From a candidate division WOR-3 bacterium (GTDB taxonomy: Bacteria > Hydrothermota > Tepidihabitantia > Tepidihabitantales > Tepidihabitantaceae), in the NCBI GenBank assembly GCA_965648905.1, contig CBFGIT010000003.1, positions 93,844 to 157,843 of the forward strand: a stretch of 64,000 nt of DNA, read 5' to 3'. How positions within the stretch are numbered: position 1 is the stretch's first letter; each line of letters begins with the position of its first letter. A program made the position numbers and the translations under genes. The notes under the pieces are model-generated. The model saw only the letters and a list, made by a program, of their open reading frames with translations, made no database searches and was not told the origin of the DNA. This document shows positions 25,566-35,849 of this stretch, piece after piece.

Positions 25566-26560
25566 GCGTCAAGGTTGCTTTTGTCGGAGCCGGGCGCTGG
25601 GCCCTGGCTCTTGCCGGTCATCTGCACCAGCAGGGCTGCGCCGTGTCGTTGTGGGAAGGGAAGGCGGCAAACCTGGAGCGGCTCAGGCGCACGCGCCGGC
25701 ATCCTGACCTGCCCGACACCTTTGTGCTGCCCGAGCCGGTTATGGTATCGGGTGACCCGGCCCAGGTGTTTGCCGATGCCGGGCTGGCTGTTTTCGCCCT
25801 GCCGTCGGATGCGCTCGATGCCGTGGCCACCGGTCTGCGCAGCATCATTGCCGGCTCAACGACAATCGTGACCGTCACCAAAGGCATTGACCCGAACACG
25901 CACAAGCGCATGTCCGCGGTGCTCAAGGCCAGGTTTCCTGCTCAGCCGATTGTCGTCCTTGCCGGCCCGGGCATTCCGTACGACTTCGCGGCCGGCGACC
26001 CGACCTCACTCGTTGCCGCGTCCGACCACGAGCCGGCCACCGTGCTGGTCCGGGATACCTTCAGCGGCAACAGCCTGCGCGTCTACTCTCATCCGGACGT
26101 TGTCGGGGTCGAGCTGGCCGCGGCAATGAAGAACGTCATCGCTCTGGCCGCGGGCATCATCGACGGCATGGGCCTGGGCATCAATGCCAAGTCGGCCCTG
26201 CTCACGCGCGGGCTGGCTGAGACGATTCGTCTTGGCCTGGCGTTCAATGCCAATCCCTTGACCTTTGCCGGGCTGGCCGGCATGGGCGACCTTATCGTTA
26301 CCGCCTTTTCCGAACACTCGCGCAACCACGCCTTGGGTGTCATGCTCGGCCAGGGCGAGAAGCTCGAAACCGCCCAGGCCAGGCTCAACGGCGTGGCTGA
26401 AGGTGTCGGCTCGACCCGGACTGCCCGCGCCCTGGCCGCACGCCAGCGCGTCGAACTGCCGATTACCGACGAACTCTGCCGGGTGCTCTACGAAGGTGCG
26501 GAGCCGCGCGAGAGTCTTGAACGCCTGCTGCGCCGCAGGCCCAGACCCGAGGTCTGGTGA
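25562..26560 (+). CDS. gpsA: NAD(P)H-dependent glycerol-3-phosphate dehydrogenase
   Basis: GAGRWA, TKGI, DVVGVELAAAMKNVIA, GLAGMGDL, SRN, VAEG. Confidence 0.95.
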   Translation: MSVKVAFVGAGRWALALAGHLHQQGCAVSLWEGKAANLERLRRTRRHPDLPDTFVLPEPVMVSGDPAQVFADAGLAVFALPSDALDAVATGLRSIIAGSTTIVTVTKGIDPNTHKRMSAVLKARFPAQPIVVLAGPGIPYDFAAGDPTSLVAASDHEPATVLVRDTFSGNSLRVYSHPDVVGVELAAAMKNVIALAAGIIDGMGLGINAKSALLTRGLAETIRLGLAFNANPLTFAGLAGMGDLIVTAFSEHSRNHALGVMLGQGEKLETAQARLNGVAEGVGSTRTARALAARQRVELPITDELCRVLYEGAEPRESLERLLRRRPRPEVW

Positions 26561-26880
26561 TGGCCGGAAGCAAGTACTACTCCGTAGTTCAGACCTGCCG
26601 AATGCTCGGGGTCAAGCCCCACATTCTCCGTTACTGGGAACGCCAGTTTGAAATCAAGCCCCGGCGCAACTCGGCCGGCCGGCGCATCTACTCGGCCGAG
26701 CAGATTGAGAAACTCCGCCTCATCAAACACCTGGTCCATACTGAGAGACTGACGGTCAAAGGCGCCCGTCGCCGTCTGGCCGGCATGTCCAGTGCCGCCC
26801 CGGCTGCCAAAGACCGCCGGACCACACTCCTCTGGATCAAGAAGGAGCTCGTCTCCATTCAGGCGCTGCTTTCATCTTGA
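26557..26880 (+). CDS. MerR-family HTH regulator
   Basis: GVKPHILRYWE...PRRNSAGRRIY...LTVKGAR. Confidence 0.9.
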   Translation: MMAGSKYYSVVQTCRMLGVKPHILRYWERQFEIKPRRNSAGRRIYSAEQIEKLRLIKHLVHTERLTVKGARRRLAGMSSAAPAAKDRRTTLLWIKKELVSIQALLSS

Positions 26881-28136
26881 GAGAACAGACCACCACCGCC
26901 CCATCGGGGGCAGAACTGGGCACTGCCGGCTCCAAGGTTTTCGGTACCAGCGCTCCCCGCAAACACGTCGCGCGGCCGAGCAGCGGTGCGCAGCGTCTGC
27001 TGATACTGAGTCCTGCCACCAGGGCAGACCTGGAGGAGCCACTCGACCGCTTCAAGCAGTTCCAGGTCTGGCACCTGTACGGTAGCCGGACCGGTGATAC
27101 CGCTGGAGCCAGTGACTCGGTGCGTTCGGTTCGCTTCAGGGGGCCGGTTGATGCGCTGCTGAAGACCTTGGCGGTCAGACCGTCTCTTATCCAGGGCTCG
27201 GAACCCTACTATGTACTGACTGGCCTGCTGCTGTCCGCTGTCGCACTCCTTGCCGCCGGATTGCTCCGGGTTCCGTACTACTTCCCGATGTTCGAGAACA
27301 TCGCGCCAGAGGTCAAGTTCAGGAACTTCAGACTGGGTCTACCGCTGGGATGGCTGGTGACGCCGCTGCTCAAGTGGTTCTGCCGGGTTTACGCTCAGCG
27401 GGCCAGTTGCATCTTTGCGCTGAACAAAGGTGCGGCCCAGAACCTACACGACTTGGGTATCCCCGAGCACAAGATCGTCAGGCGAATGTACGGTACGTGG
27501 GGCGTCGACGTCAATCGCTTCAGTCCTGAGCGCGACGGAACTGAACCATCCCTGGGGGACAGTACCATCCTCTTTATCGGGCGCATCGTCCCGGAGAAGG
27601 GCATCGCCGTTCTCCTGGATGCATTCACCGCGGTACGTCGTCAGGTGCCGACGGCACGCCTCGTCCTGATCGGCGATGGCCCTGGCGTACCGCTGGTTCG
27701 CGACTTCACGGCCCGGCACTCGCTGCATTCGGTGGTATCCCTGCTGGGGGTCATTCCGAACTGCAACCTGCCCCGCTACATTCGTGCAGCCCGGGTCGTG
27801 GCCGCGCCGTCCCTGACCACGGCCCGGTGGATGGAGCAGGTAGGCATGGTAAACATCCAGTGCATCGCCTGCGGGACGCCGGTCGTGACCACCGATTCCG
27901 GAGCGATCCCGGAGTTCATAGACAAGGGCGTCACGGGACTGGTCGTACCTGAAGGGGACTCGGCGTCGCTGGCCCGGGCGCTGCTCGCGGTCCTCTCCGA
28001 CACCGAACTGCACGAACGGCTGTCACGGCAGGGCCGCGCAGCCGCGCTGCACTTCTACGACATCGAGGCCAACATCCGCGCTGTTGAGTGCAAGCTCGTC
28101 GAGTTGCTCCGTCAGCGCCGGGTCACGGACGCGTAG
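26877..28136 (+). CDS. Glycosyltransferase family 4
   Basis: FIGRIVPEKG, EQVGMVNIQCIACGTPVV, GAIPE. Confidence 0.88.
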   Translation: MREQTTTAPSGAELGTAGSKVFGTSAPRKHVARPSSGAQRLLILSPATRADLEEPLDRFKQFQVWHLYGSRTGDTAGASDSVRSVRFRGPVDALLKTLAVRPSLIQGSEPYYVLTGLLLSAVALLAAGLLRVPYYFPMFENIAPEVKFRNFRLGLPLGWLVTPLLKWFCRVYAQRASCIFALNKGAAQNLHDLGIPEHKIVRRMYGTWGVDVNRFSPERDGTEPSLGDSTILFIGRIVPEKGIAVLLDAFTAVRRQVPTARLVLIGDGPGVPLVRDFTARHSLHSVVSLLGVIPNCNLPRYIRAARVVAAPSLTTARWMEQVGMVNIQCIACGTPVVTTDSGAIPEFIDKGVTGLVVPEGDSASLARALLAVLSDTELHERLSRQGRAAALHFYDIEANIRAVECKLVELLRQRRVTDA

Positions 28137-28145
28137 CGACCGTGC

Positions 28146-29288
28146 TCATCCACGCTCGGTCCTCAGCCAGTTGTACTTCAGCCGGCGGCCGAAGAAGTAC
28201 TGCCCATAGCCAACCAGCAGCGCCAGATTGGCCCAGAGGAAATACTGCACCACCAACAGCCTGCGCCAGCGGGCTCGAACCACCAACACTAGTGGTGTCG
28301 TCACTATGAACAGCGCCTGCACGACAGACAGGACGGCGAAGACCGCGACCGCTGAGCGTGCGATGCAGAGCAGTAGAATCGACAGCAGCATGAAGGGCAC
28401 CAGCATTCGCAGGAACTTGTGCGACAGCATGATCCATGCCCTGACGCCCTGTGTCGGCAGCAGCAGCCCCGGCATTCTCAGCAGTATCTGGAGGCTGCCG
28501 CGGCTGTTTCTCGCCTTCCGCACGAACTCCACGCTGGCACTCTCAACTCTGGTCATGGATACCGCACGGGGTTCGTAGACGGCGGCGTACCCTTCCCTGA
28601 GGGGACGTGTGCCCAGCACGAAGTCGTCAAGAATCGTCTCGGGTGGAATCGGCCGACACAGCCGGCGGCGAACCATCATCGCCCAGCCGTAGGCCCCGAC
28701 CGATGCCCCGAGTTCGCCTTCGAGGCCCTTGATCCAGTTCTCGTACCGATCCCAGAGGCCCTCAGCCGCGTGGCCATCCTTGCTTGTCCGCAGGTAGCGG
28801 AACAGCACGACCCCAACACCCTCGTCGCGAAACCTCGCCGCGCCGGCGCGCACCGATTCCCGCGACAGCAGCACGTCGGCGTCCGTGAACAACACGACGT
28901 CGTTGCGCGCGGCGCGGATCAGCATGTTCAGTACGGCCGATTTGCCCAACCGCTCGTTGACAGAATGCAGTACTACCCCTCTGTCCGCGAAGCTTCCCAC
29001 GATCTCGTCAGTCCGGTCGGTCACGGCATCAGTCCCGACCAGGATCTCGACCTTGTCCGGAGGGTAGTCCAATTCCAGGCAGTTCTGAAGCTTGGCGGAG
29101 ATGTTAAGTTCCTCGTTCCAGGCGGCGATGGCAATGGTGATAGACGGCAGGTCGCCGGACGGCGGCGCGGGGTTGTCCCGTTTGAACAACCTTGCTGCCG
29201 CCAGGAGTAGCACAGGGAACCCGACCCAGTGATAGCACACGATCCCCATCGGAATCCAGAAGAAAATGATGTCCACGATTGCCGGCAT
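28146..29288 (-). CDS. Glycosyltransferase family 2 (CESA-like, membrane-bound)
   Basis: IAAWNEE, TDRT, GKSAVLN, FTDAD, DDF; start at ATG 29288 inferred. Confidence 0.9.
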   Translation of the reverse strand: MPAIVDIIFFWIPMGIVCYHWVGFPVLLLAAARLFKRDNPAPPSGDLPSITIAIAAWNEELNISAKLQNCLELDYPPDKVEILVGTDAVTDRTDEIVGSFADRGVVLHSVNERLGKSAVLNMLIRAARNDVVLFTDADVLLSRESVRAGAARFRDEGVGVVLFRYLRTSKDGHAAEGLWDRYENWIKGLEGELGASVGAYGWAMMVRRRLCRPIPPETILDDFVLGTRPLREGYAAVYEPRAVSMTRVESASVEFVRKARNSRGSLQILLRMPGLLLPTQGVRAWIMLSHKFLRMLVPFMLLSILLLCIARSAVAVFAVLSVVQALFIVTTPLVLVVRARWRRLLVVQYFLWANLALLVGYGQYFFGRRLKYNWLRTERG

Positions 29289-29469
29289 GGCTACGCTACG
29301 CCTGGACACCGGACCGGCAACACCGGTGCCGGGGAACGGCACGGCTCGCGACCGGCATGCCCGTGAGCATCCGAGCGGAATGCGCGGTGGCGTTCTGTAG
29401 CTGGCCACTTCGTCGCGGGCACACAGTGAACACGGCTGCGGGTGGCGGACACGCCGGACAAGCAGCTTC

Positions 29470-30462
29470 TCAGAGCACTACCTGCAGTCTCACTCCAACA
29501 CCGCTGGAGGACACGCCGCCCGGAATCGAGTTCGTTGCCCAGTAGGCATGCCGGTAGCCGAGGATGAGTTTCAGCCGCTCGCCGGGGATATTGACATTGC
29601 CGCCCACGACCAGCGCAACGTCGTACCTGTCATCAACCTGTAGTTCGGCGTCAATGCGACCCGCGGGCTCCAACCACGGCAGCAGGACGCACGAACACTG
29701 AATGTATGCTCCGTTGCGCACGTACCGACCGATGACCGCATGCTGCACCTCCGCCGCCAGCCGGACTCTGGCACCTTCGAACCATGCCTCCCCGGCGAGG
29801 TTCGCAAAGGTTTCCCCCGCGTCACCCGTCCTGCCGTAGTAGCCGCGACAAGCCAGCCCGCTGCCGGGAAGCAGACCGGGCTTGAACACGACCCGTCCGC
29901 AGAAGTCCTTCCACACGTTGTTGTCCAACACTCCCTGGCCAACGCCGCTGCCGTTCAGACACGCGGCAGCGACCGCGAACCATTCTCGATCACAGGAGAG
30001 CATAACGCCCACGTCCTGGACGGACCGAGGTTTCAGCCAGCGCCGGACCGATGAGTAGTCCAGAAGCCTAAGCTGCTGCAACGGCGTGAGTGCCTCGTAC
30101 CCAAGGGGCGGTGTCAACTGACCAGCCCGCACGCCGAGTCCATTGAACCAGTGCAGGTCCACGTACAACTCGCGGGCGACGGGCGTGAACAGGCGGGCTA
30201 CATCCACCTGCATCCGCAGCGCGGCAACGGAACCCGCCTGCGCCGTTATTCCGAGAAGCGCCGTCGTCACGGCGAAGCTCTGTGCCCGGCTGGCGACACC
30301 GCTCACCCGGGAAGAGTAGTAGCTGCCGTCGACCCAAGTCAGGGCGTCCACCATGACCTTGGCGTCAGCAGGTGTCACCGCTGCCTGGGTCAACGTCGGC
30401 GCCAACAACCAAGCCAGCACCAGCGCGACATTCAGCTTGCTCAAGTGTCCTCCATATCGCAT
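29470..30462 (-). CDS. Porin-like outer-membrane protein (OprO/P-like)
   Basis: Signal peptide; RAGQLTPPLGYE, DVGVM, NGSG...DNNVWKDFCGR. Confidence 0.7.
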   Translation of the reverse strand: MRYGGHLSKLNVALVLAWLLAPTLTQAAVTPADAKVMVDALTWVDGSYYSSRVSGVASRAQSFAVTTALLGITAQAGSVAALRMQVDVARLFTPVARELYVDLHWFNGLGVRAGQLTPPLGYEALTPLQQLRLLDYSSVRRWLKPRSVQDVGVMLSCDREWFAVAAACLNGSGVGQGVLDNNVWKDFCGRVVFKPGLLPGSGLACRGYYGRTGDAGETFANLAGEAWFEGARVRLAAEVQHAVIGRYVRNGAYIQCSCVLLPWLEPAGRIDAELQVDDRYDVALVVGGNVNIPGERLKLILGYRHAYWATNSIPGGVSSSGVGVRLQVVL

Positions 30463-30588
30463 ACGGTTTGCTTTGGGAGATTCTCGTTCCGTCCGCCTCG
30501 ACGAACCGGTTGAGCGGCGATGGCCTCGTGCAGCACTTGATATCGACCGCAGGCGGTACGAGACAGCGGGATCATCAAACTCGTCATG

Positions 30589-31803
30589 CTAGCTGCCGAC
30601 CGGTGAGCGCGCACGGGCGCTCACCTGGCCGTACAGGGCGGCGAATGCCTGGGCCACGCTGTCCCACGTGTAGCGGTTGGCAACCAGCCGTCTCCCGGCA
30701 CATCCAAGCTTCTGCCGCCGTATTGGATCCCGCAGCAAACTAACAACGGCATCAGCAAACTCCTGAGGCTCGTCCGCGACCAGTATGTTCTCGCCGCTGA
30801 CGAGCCCGTCAATCCCCTCGCACCCCATCGAGGTTGATACAACCGCCTTGCCTAGTGCCAGAGCCTCGAGGATCTTGACCCTGATACCGCTCCCGACCCG
30901 CGTCGGCACCACAAACACCGAACTGCGCTCCACAAGCGGACGTATGTCCGGCACGAAACCGGTAACCACGACCCGGCGGCCGTCCGACCGGCGAACAATG
31001 TCGGAAGGCGGGTCGCTGCCCACAACACGACAGACGACGGTCGGCACCTGCACCAAGACGCGGGGCACGACTTCATCGAGGAACCACCTTACGCCGACCG
31101 CGTTGGGTAGCCACCGCATGAGGGCGACCGAGATAATGGAGTCGGGTTCCTCAGGCGCCGGCTGCGCCGAACCTTCTGCCACGTCGACACCGACTCCGAT
31201 GACGTCGACCGGCACCCCTCCACCAAGTCGCGACAGGATCGCCGCATCGACAGAGGTAACCGCCACTCGTCGGTCGAAGCGCGGCAAGTATTCCCTTTCG
31301 TAGGCCAGAAGACGGGCATGCTGGATGGCGGCATACGCCCGGGCGAACGGATTGACCTGACTGTCCCGGAACCTCGCCATCATCGTCGAGTCCACGTTCT
31401 GGGTTCTGAGGATCACCCCCAGCCGCAGCTCGCGTGCGATGGCGAGACCGTAGCGGGCCATGTGCAGGAAGTCAGTCTGAATCACGTCGGGTCGGAACTC
31501 CTGCGCCGCCCGCCGTACTAGATCCATGAATCCCCGGGGCTGGTTCTTACGGTAGGAGTACGGCACGCGGGAGAGGAGACTCACGATCATCCCACTGAAG
31601 TGCATCTTCATGTCCGCGGGCATGGCCCAGACCGGGAACTCCCGACTGAACTCGGGTGCGACCGTTTCTCCGACCTGCACCGGAAAGACGAAACCCACCT
31701 GGTGTCCGATGCGGGCCAGCGCCTGAGCCGCGCGGTAGACGGCGATTCGACCCCCATCGACCGGCGGGTATGGGACATTCTGTACTATCTCGAGGATTCG
31801 CAT
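30589..31803 (-). CDS. Glycosyltransferase family 4
   Basis: PYPPVDGG, TGFVPDIRP, GSGIRVKILEALALGKAVVST. Confidence 0.92.
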   Translation of the reverse strand: MRILEIVQNVPYPPVDGGRIAVYRAAQALARIGHQVGFVFPVQVGETVAPEFSREFPVWAMPADMKMHFSGMIVSLLSRVPYSYRKNQPRGFMDLVRRAAQEFRPDVIQTDFLHMARYGLAIARELRLGVILRTQNVDSTMMARFRDSQVNPFARAYAAIQHARLLAYEREYLPRFDRRVAVTSVDAAILSRLGGGVPVDVIGVGVDVAEGSAQPAPEEPDSIISVALMRWLPNAVGVRWFLDEVVPRVLVQVPTVVCRVVGSDPPSDIVRRSDGRRVVVTGFVPDIRPLVERSSVFVVPTRVGSGIRVKILEALALGKAVVSTSMGCEGIDGLVSGENILVADEPQEFADAVVSLLRDPIRRQKLGCAGRRLVANRYTWDSVAQAFAALYGQVSARARSPVGS

Positions 31804-31879
31804 GCGGCCAGCTTCCAGTAGTATGGAAGATGAGGTTCAACGTGCTGCTTATCCAGCATAGGTATGACGCCACGAGCTG

Positions 31880-33055
31880 TCAAGAAACGCGGGGTATCGT
31901 CCGCGTGCCGCCGCTCGTGTACCGTCCTGCACTCCGTCGGGATTCAGCCAGTTGCCGGACCTCGCCGACGAACTGCTGTGCCGCTCGCCGGCAGTCGAAC
32001 ATCATAGCCCGCTCACGGCCTGCGCGCGCCATCATCTCCAGTTGCCCGGCATCCGCCAGCAGGGCATGCAGCCTCGCCGCCAAGTCCTGCGGGTCGCGCG
32101 CCCGGAAATAGCGAGCAGCCGCTCCCCCGACCTCTGGCAGGCTCGAGGTCCAACTGCATAGCACGGGACAGCCACAGCTCATTGCCTCTGCTATCGGCAG
32201 TCCGAAACCCTCGTAGGCACTAGGGTACACCATCAGCGCGGCGCCGCGGTACAACGCGACGAGGTCGCCATCCGAGACCGGGCCGAGGCAGCGCGCGCGC
32301 CCACCGGCCTCGAGACGACGGATGCGTCTGAGTATCGGGCGGCATTTCCAGCCTGGGCTGCCCACGATGACCAGCAATGGGGTCGGCACTAGTTCGAGGG
32401 CCCTCAACAGAGTCCCATGTTCCTTGCGGGGCTCGATCGTGCCGACCGTCAACAGGTATGAATCCGGAATGCTGTACTTACACCGGACATCGAGACCGTC
32501 GCTTGCTGCAGCCCGTCCGCGGAAGGCCGGATCTACGCCCTGGTAGAGGACGCGCAACTTCGTCGCTGGCACCTGCAGGCAGAGCTGTGCCAAGCGCGCG
32601 GAGGCCTCCGAATCCACCAGCACCCGGTCAGCGACGCGGGCGACCCGCGCAAAATGAAGTCGTGCCGCGATTCTGGCACGCAGCGGCATCGTGCCCGGCA
32701 TGACAACCGCGGTAAGGTCGTGGATCGTCAGCAGGCGGAGGCACCCGTCAAGACGACCAACCGGTAACATGTGGTTCTGCCCCCAGAACACATCGATACG
32801 GTCCTCGCGCAGCATGTCCGGAACGTATCGCTGCAGCCAGTACATCGTAGCCCGACCCTCGCCGGGACGGGAGACCCTCAGCTGCCATCGCCCCGGGGGT
32901 AACGGTACCTCCACGGTGCGTGGCGAGTAGAGCACGACCTCAACGTCGCTTGTTTGTTCAAGGACGGCGGACAACAGGCCGACTATGTGCCGCGCGATGC
33001 CCGCCCGCGGCGCCCGGAAAACGCTGACATCAACGCCCAGCCGCAAGCTAGCCAA
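31880..33055 (-). CDS. Glycosyltransferase family 4 (mannosyltransferase-like)
   Basis: TIHDL, VGTIEPRK, YEGFGLPIAEAMSCG. Confidence 0.92.
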   Translation of the reverse strand: MASLRLGVDVSVFRAPRAGIARHIVGLLSAVLEQTSDVEVVLYSPRTVEVPLPPGRWQLRVSRPGEGRATMYWLQRYVPDMLREDRIDVFWGQNHMLPVGRLDGCLRLLTIHDLTAVVMPGTMPLRARIAARLHFARVARVADRVLVDSEASARLAQLCLQVPATKLRVLYQGVDPAFRGRAAASDGLDVRCKYSIPDSYLLTVGTIEPRKEHGTLLRALELVPTPLLVIVGSPGWKCRPILRRIRRLEAGGRARCLGPVSDGDLVALYRGAALMVYPSAYEGFGLPIAEAMSCGCPVLCSWTSSLPEVGGAAARYFRARDPQDLAARLHALLADAGQLEMMARAGRERAMMFDCRRAAQQFVGEVRQLAESRRSAGRYTSGGTRTIPRVS

Positions 33056-33115
33056 GAGTACTCGTCACCGCGGGGCGGCATTCACGTCCGAAGTCCAGGC
33101 TCAGGGACGGTCTGA

Positions 33116-34351
33116 CTAGCACAGGGATTTTGCCACAGGAGGCAGCCCCCGTGCTGACGGTCGAGCGCCGGCCTTCATAATCCCGAGCACTTCCTCAGCG
33201 GCCTGACGGAAACTGAACTGCCGGGCCCGGGCCAGACCGGCAGCGACCATCGCCACGAGTTGTTCCTCATCGAAAAGCAGCTCCTCCAGCCTCCGGGCCA
33301 GATCCCGGCTGTCACCGGTCCTGAAGTAGCGGGCGGCAGAGCCGCCCACCTCCGGGAGGCTTGACGACCAACTGCACAGCACCGGACACCCGCAGGCCAT
33401 CGCCTCGAGAACGGGCAGGCCGAAGCCCTCGTACACCGATGGGAACACAAACAGCCGGGCAGCTGCGTACAGCGCCGGAAGATCAACGTCATCAACCCGC
33501 CCCAAGTGCCGGACCCGTCCGGCCCGCTCCATCGCTGCGATCTCGCGCATCGCGCTCTCGGCCTTCCACCCTACGCCGCCGACAATCACCAGGAGCGGTG
33601 TCTGTGGGAGCAGAGCGAGTGCAGCCAGCAACGTCGTGTGGTGCTTGCGGGGCTCGATCGTACCAACCGAGAGCAGATAGGTCTCGGGTAGTCCGTACTT
33701 CCCGGAGGCGACGTCCTTCGCCCGGGCGGTCGGTTGCGGACAGAACCGGTCGCTTGCGCCGAAGTAGACTCTCTTGACCTTGTCGGGCGCAACGCCCAGT
33801 AACCGGACGATGTCGCGGGCGGTCGAATCGGAGTCGGCGACGACCGCGTCCGCCGCACGACAAGCCCGCGCCAAGTAGTACCGACGGGTCAGGACCGACG
33901 TGAACCGGAGCGTGCGGGGACATACGAACGGGACAAGGTCATGGACGGTGAGAATCCGGAAGCAGGGCCGCCGGAGGCGCAGAGGGAGCATGTTGTTCTG
34001 CCCCCAGAACACGTCCAGTCCGTCCTCCCGGGCCCACCTCGGAACCTGCGTCTGGACCCACGGGTTCACGAACCGACCCTCCAACCCGGTGCCGGTCCTC
34101 AGACGCCAGCGGCCCGGCGGCAGCGCAATCTCGACCGGCCGCGGCGCGTAGAAGATGAACTCCACCGCCGGGTCCTGACGCAGCATCTCGCTGATCATGC
34201 CGTCCAGGTAGCGGGCGATCCCTGCCTTGGTGGCGACGTAGGATGACGCATCGACCCCAACCGTCAGGGTTCCATCCCTGGCCCGCCCTCCAGCCGACGG
34301 CGCCGGGGCCGCTTCCACGCTTGGCTCTCGCAGCGACCGACTCAACGGCAT
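33116..34351 (-). CDS. Glycosyltransferase family 4 (paralog of the neighbouring gene)
   Basis: TVHDL, VGTIEPRK, YEGFGLPVLEAMACG; shares VFWGQNxMLP with 31880-33055. Confidence 0.92.
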   Translation of the reverse strand: MPLSRSLREPSVEAAPAPSAGGRARDGTLTVGVDASSYVATKAGIARYLDGMISEMLRQDPAVEFIFYAPRPVEIALPPGRWRLRTGTGLEGRFVNPWVQTQVPRWAREDGLDVFWGQNNMLPLRLRRPCFRILTVHDLVPFVCPRTLRFTSVLTRRYYLARACRAADAVVADSDSTARDIVRLLGVAPDKVKRVYFGASDRFCPQPTARAKDVASGKYGLPETYLLSVGTIEPRKHHTTLLAALALLPQTPLLVIVGGVGWKAESAMREIAAMERAGRVRHLGRVDDVDLPALYAAARLFVFPSVYEGFGLPVLEAMACGCPVLCSWSSSLPEVGGSAARYFRTGDSRDLARRLEELLFDEEQLVAMVAAGLARARQFSFRQAAEEVLGIMKAGARPSARGLPPVAKSLC

Positions 34352-34382
34352 CGGGCAGAGTATACATCGCGCGGCAGCATGG

Positions 34383-35849
34383 TCAACAAGCCGACCGCAG
34401 CTCCGGCAGATGGGCCGCGTGACTCGGGTCCATTTGCTGGCGAGTGCGCGCCGTCGCCAGCGTCAGTCCAATCAGCAGCCCCAGCAGCATGAACGCGCCA
34501 TGCGACCAGATGACGCAGTCGAGCAGACCTTCCACACCGAAAGCAATCAGCCCTGCGTTCAGGCCTGCGGCAAGCCACTTCCCGTCCGTGCGTTCGCGTC
34601 TGATCTGCCGATCAAGCTGCAGGAACGAACGGCCCATGAGGTAGACCAGGGCACCGAGACCGACCACGCCCAGATCCACCAAGAACTCAAGAAAGAGGTT
34701 GTGGGTATTGTAGACCCGTCCGGTCGCCATTGGCGCAGGGTAACCGTACAAGTGCTTAACATGCCGGAAGTTCTCCATGCCGACCCCGAGCAGCCAGTTA
34801 CCTGCCAGAACGCGAAGCGCATAGACCCACAGAAGATACCGCCCCCACAGGGATGGATCACCGGCTGAAGTCTCGCCGACTCGACTGACCAGCGCTCCCC
34901 GGAAGACGTCCATCGATAGCAGGGCAACCGAGCCCAAGGTCAGCGGCAGAAGCAGCCAGACGGACCGCGTGCGGGCAAACATGTACATGAAGGCCACGGC
35001 AAAACCCAGCCATGCAGCCCGCGCCCGCGTGACGACCAGCACGGCCACCAGCAGCAGCACGACCGCCAGCAGCGCGACGCGCACGGATCCCCGGCGTGTG
35101 TCCATCGCCGCTCCTGCGGCCACCATCCCGAAGACGGCAGCGTGTGCGCCCACCGTGTTCAGGTTGATCACGGTGCCCTGGAAGTCGATCGTCTTGCCCA
35201 AGTCACCGATGGCACGGGGAATCAGGAACGGAAAGACAAGAGAAGCGACCGCGTAGCCGGCAGCCATGATGTAGATGACGGTCCTGACATCATTCAGGTT
35301 ACGGGGGATCTCGGCTGCCAGCCATGTGAGCACAAACACCTGGGTGGCAAGCAGTGAGTAGTACGGCAGGTACGACGAATTCCAACCCCGCATGCGGGCG
35401 TTGACGTAACTGACCGCGATGCACACCGCCAGCAGGACCAGCGGCACGCGGTACCACTTGGATGTGGCGGCCCGGGAGCACGTTTCGCCGCCCCCAGTCC
35501 ACACGGACCGCGTGACCTGCAGGAAGGCAAGCAGGGTGATAACCAGACCGTACATCACGAGGTGCATGTACGCGTGCGGGGCAAGCCCCAGCATGGTGAA
35601 AGGCAGCAGTGCCGCAAAGTAGAACAGCAACGACGAGTCACTGCGAATCAGAGCCAGCAGTACAACCACCTGCACCGGAACCAGCAGCAAGGCAATACCA
35701 AGAAGGACCAAGCCGTGCCAGAATGCCCACCCCGCCAGCACAGCCGCCAGCGCCTCCAGTACGACCAGCCAGAAAACCGGCTGTCGGACACAGCCTGGCA
35801 ACGCAGCGGCGGACCGGCGGTCAAGCATTGCGGGCACGCACAAAGCCAC
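34383..35849 (-). CDS. O-antigen ligase/polymerase (Wzy_C) family protein
   Basis: Many transmembrane segments; TRARAAWLG, GRYLLW, LGVGMENF, HNLFLEFLVDLG. Start may be ATG 35828. Confidence 0.88.
   Translation of the reverse strand: MALCVPAMLDRRSAAALPGCVRQPVFWLVVLEALAAVLAGWAFWHGLVLLGIALLLVPVQVVVLLALIRSDSSLLFYFAALLPFTMLGLAPHAYMHLVMYGLVITLLAFLQVTRSVWTGGGETCSRAATSKWYRVPLVLLAVCIAVSYVNARMRGWNSSYLPYYSLLATQVFVLTWLAAEIPRNLNDVRTVIYIMAAGYAVASLVFPFLIPRAIGDLGKTIDFQGTVINLNTVGAHAAVFGMVAAGAAMDTRRGSVRVALLAVVLLLVAVLVVTRARAAWLGFAVAFMYMFARTRSVWLLLPLTLGSVALLSMDVFRGALVSRVGETSAGDPSLWGRYLLWVYALRVLAGNWLLGVGMENFRHVKHLYGYPAPMATGRVYNTHNLFLEFLVDLGVVGLGALVYLMGRSFLQLDRQIRRERTDGKWLAAGLNAGLIAFGVEGLLDCVIWSHGAFMLLGLLIGLTLATARTRQQMDPSHAAHLPELRSAC

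Noticed and set aside
27555..27570. GGGGACAGTACC match to the TIR/palindrome motif
   Set aside because: Single arm with no inverted partner, within ordinary GT4 coding sequence; probably chance.
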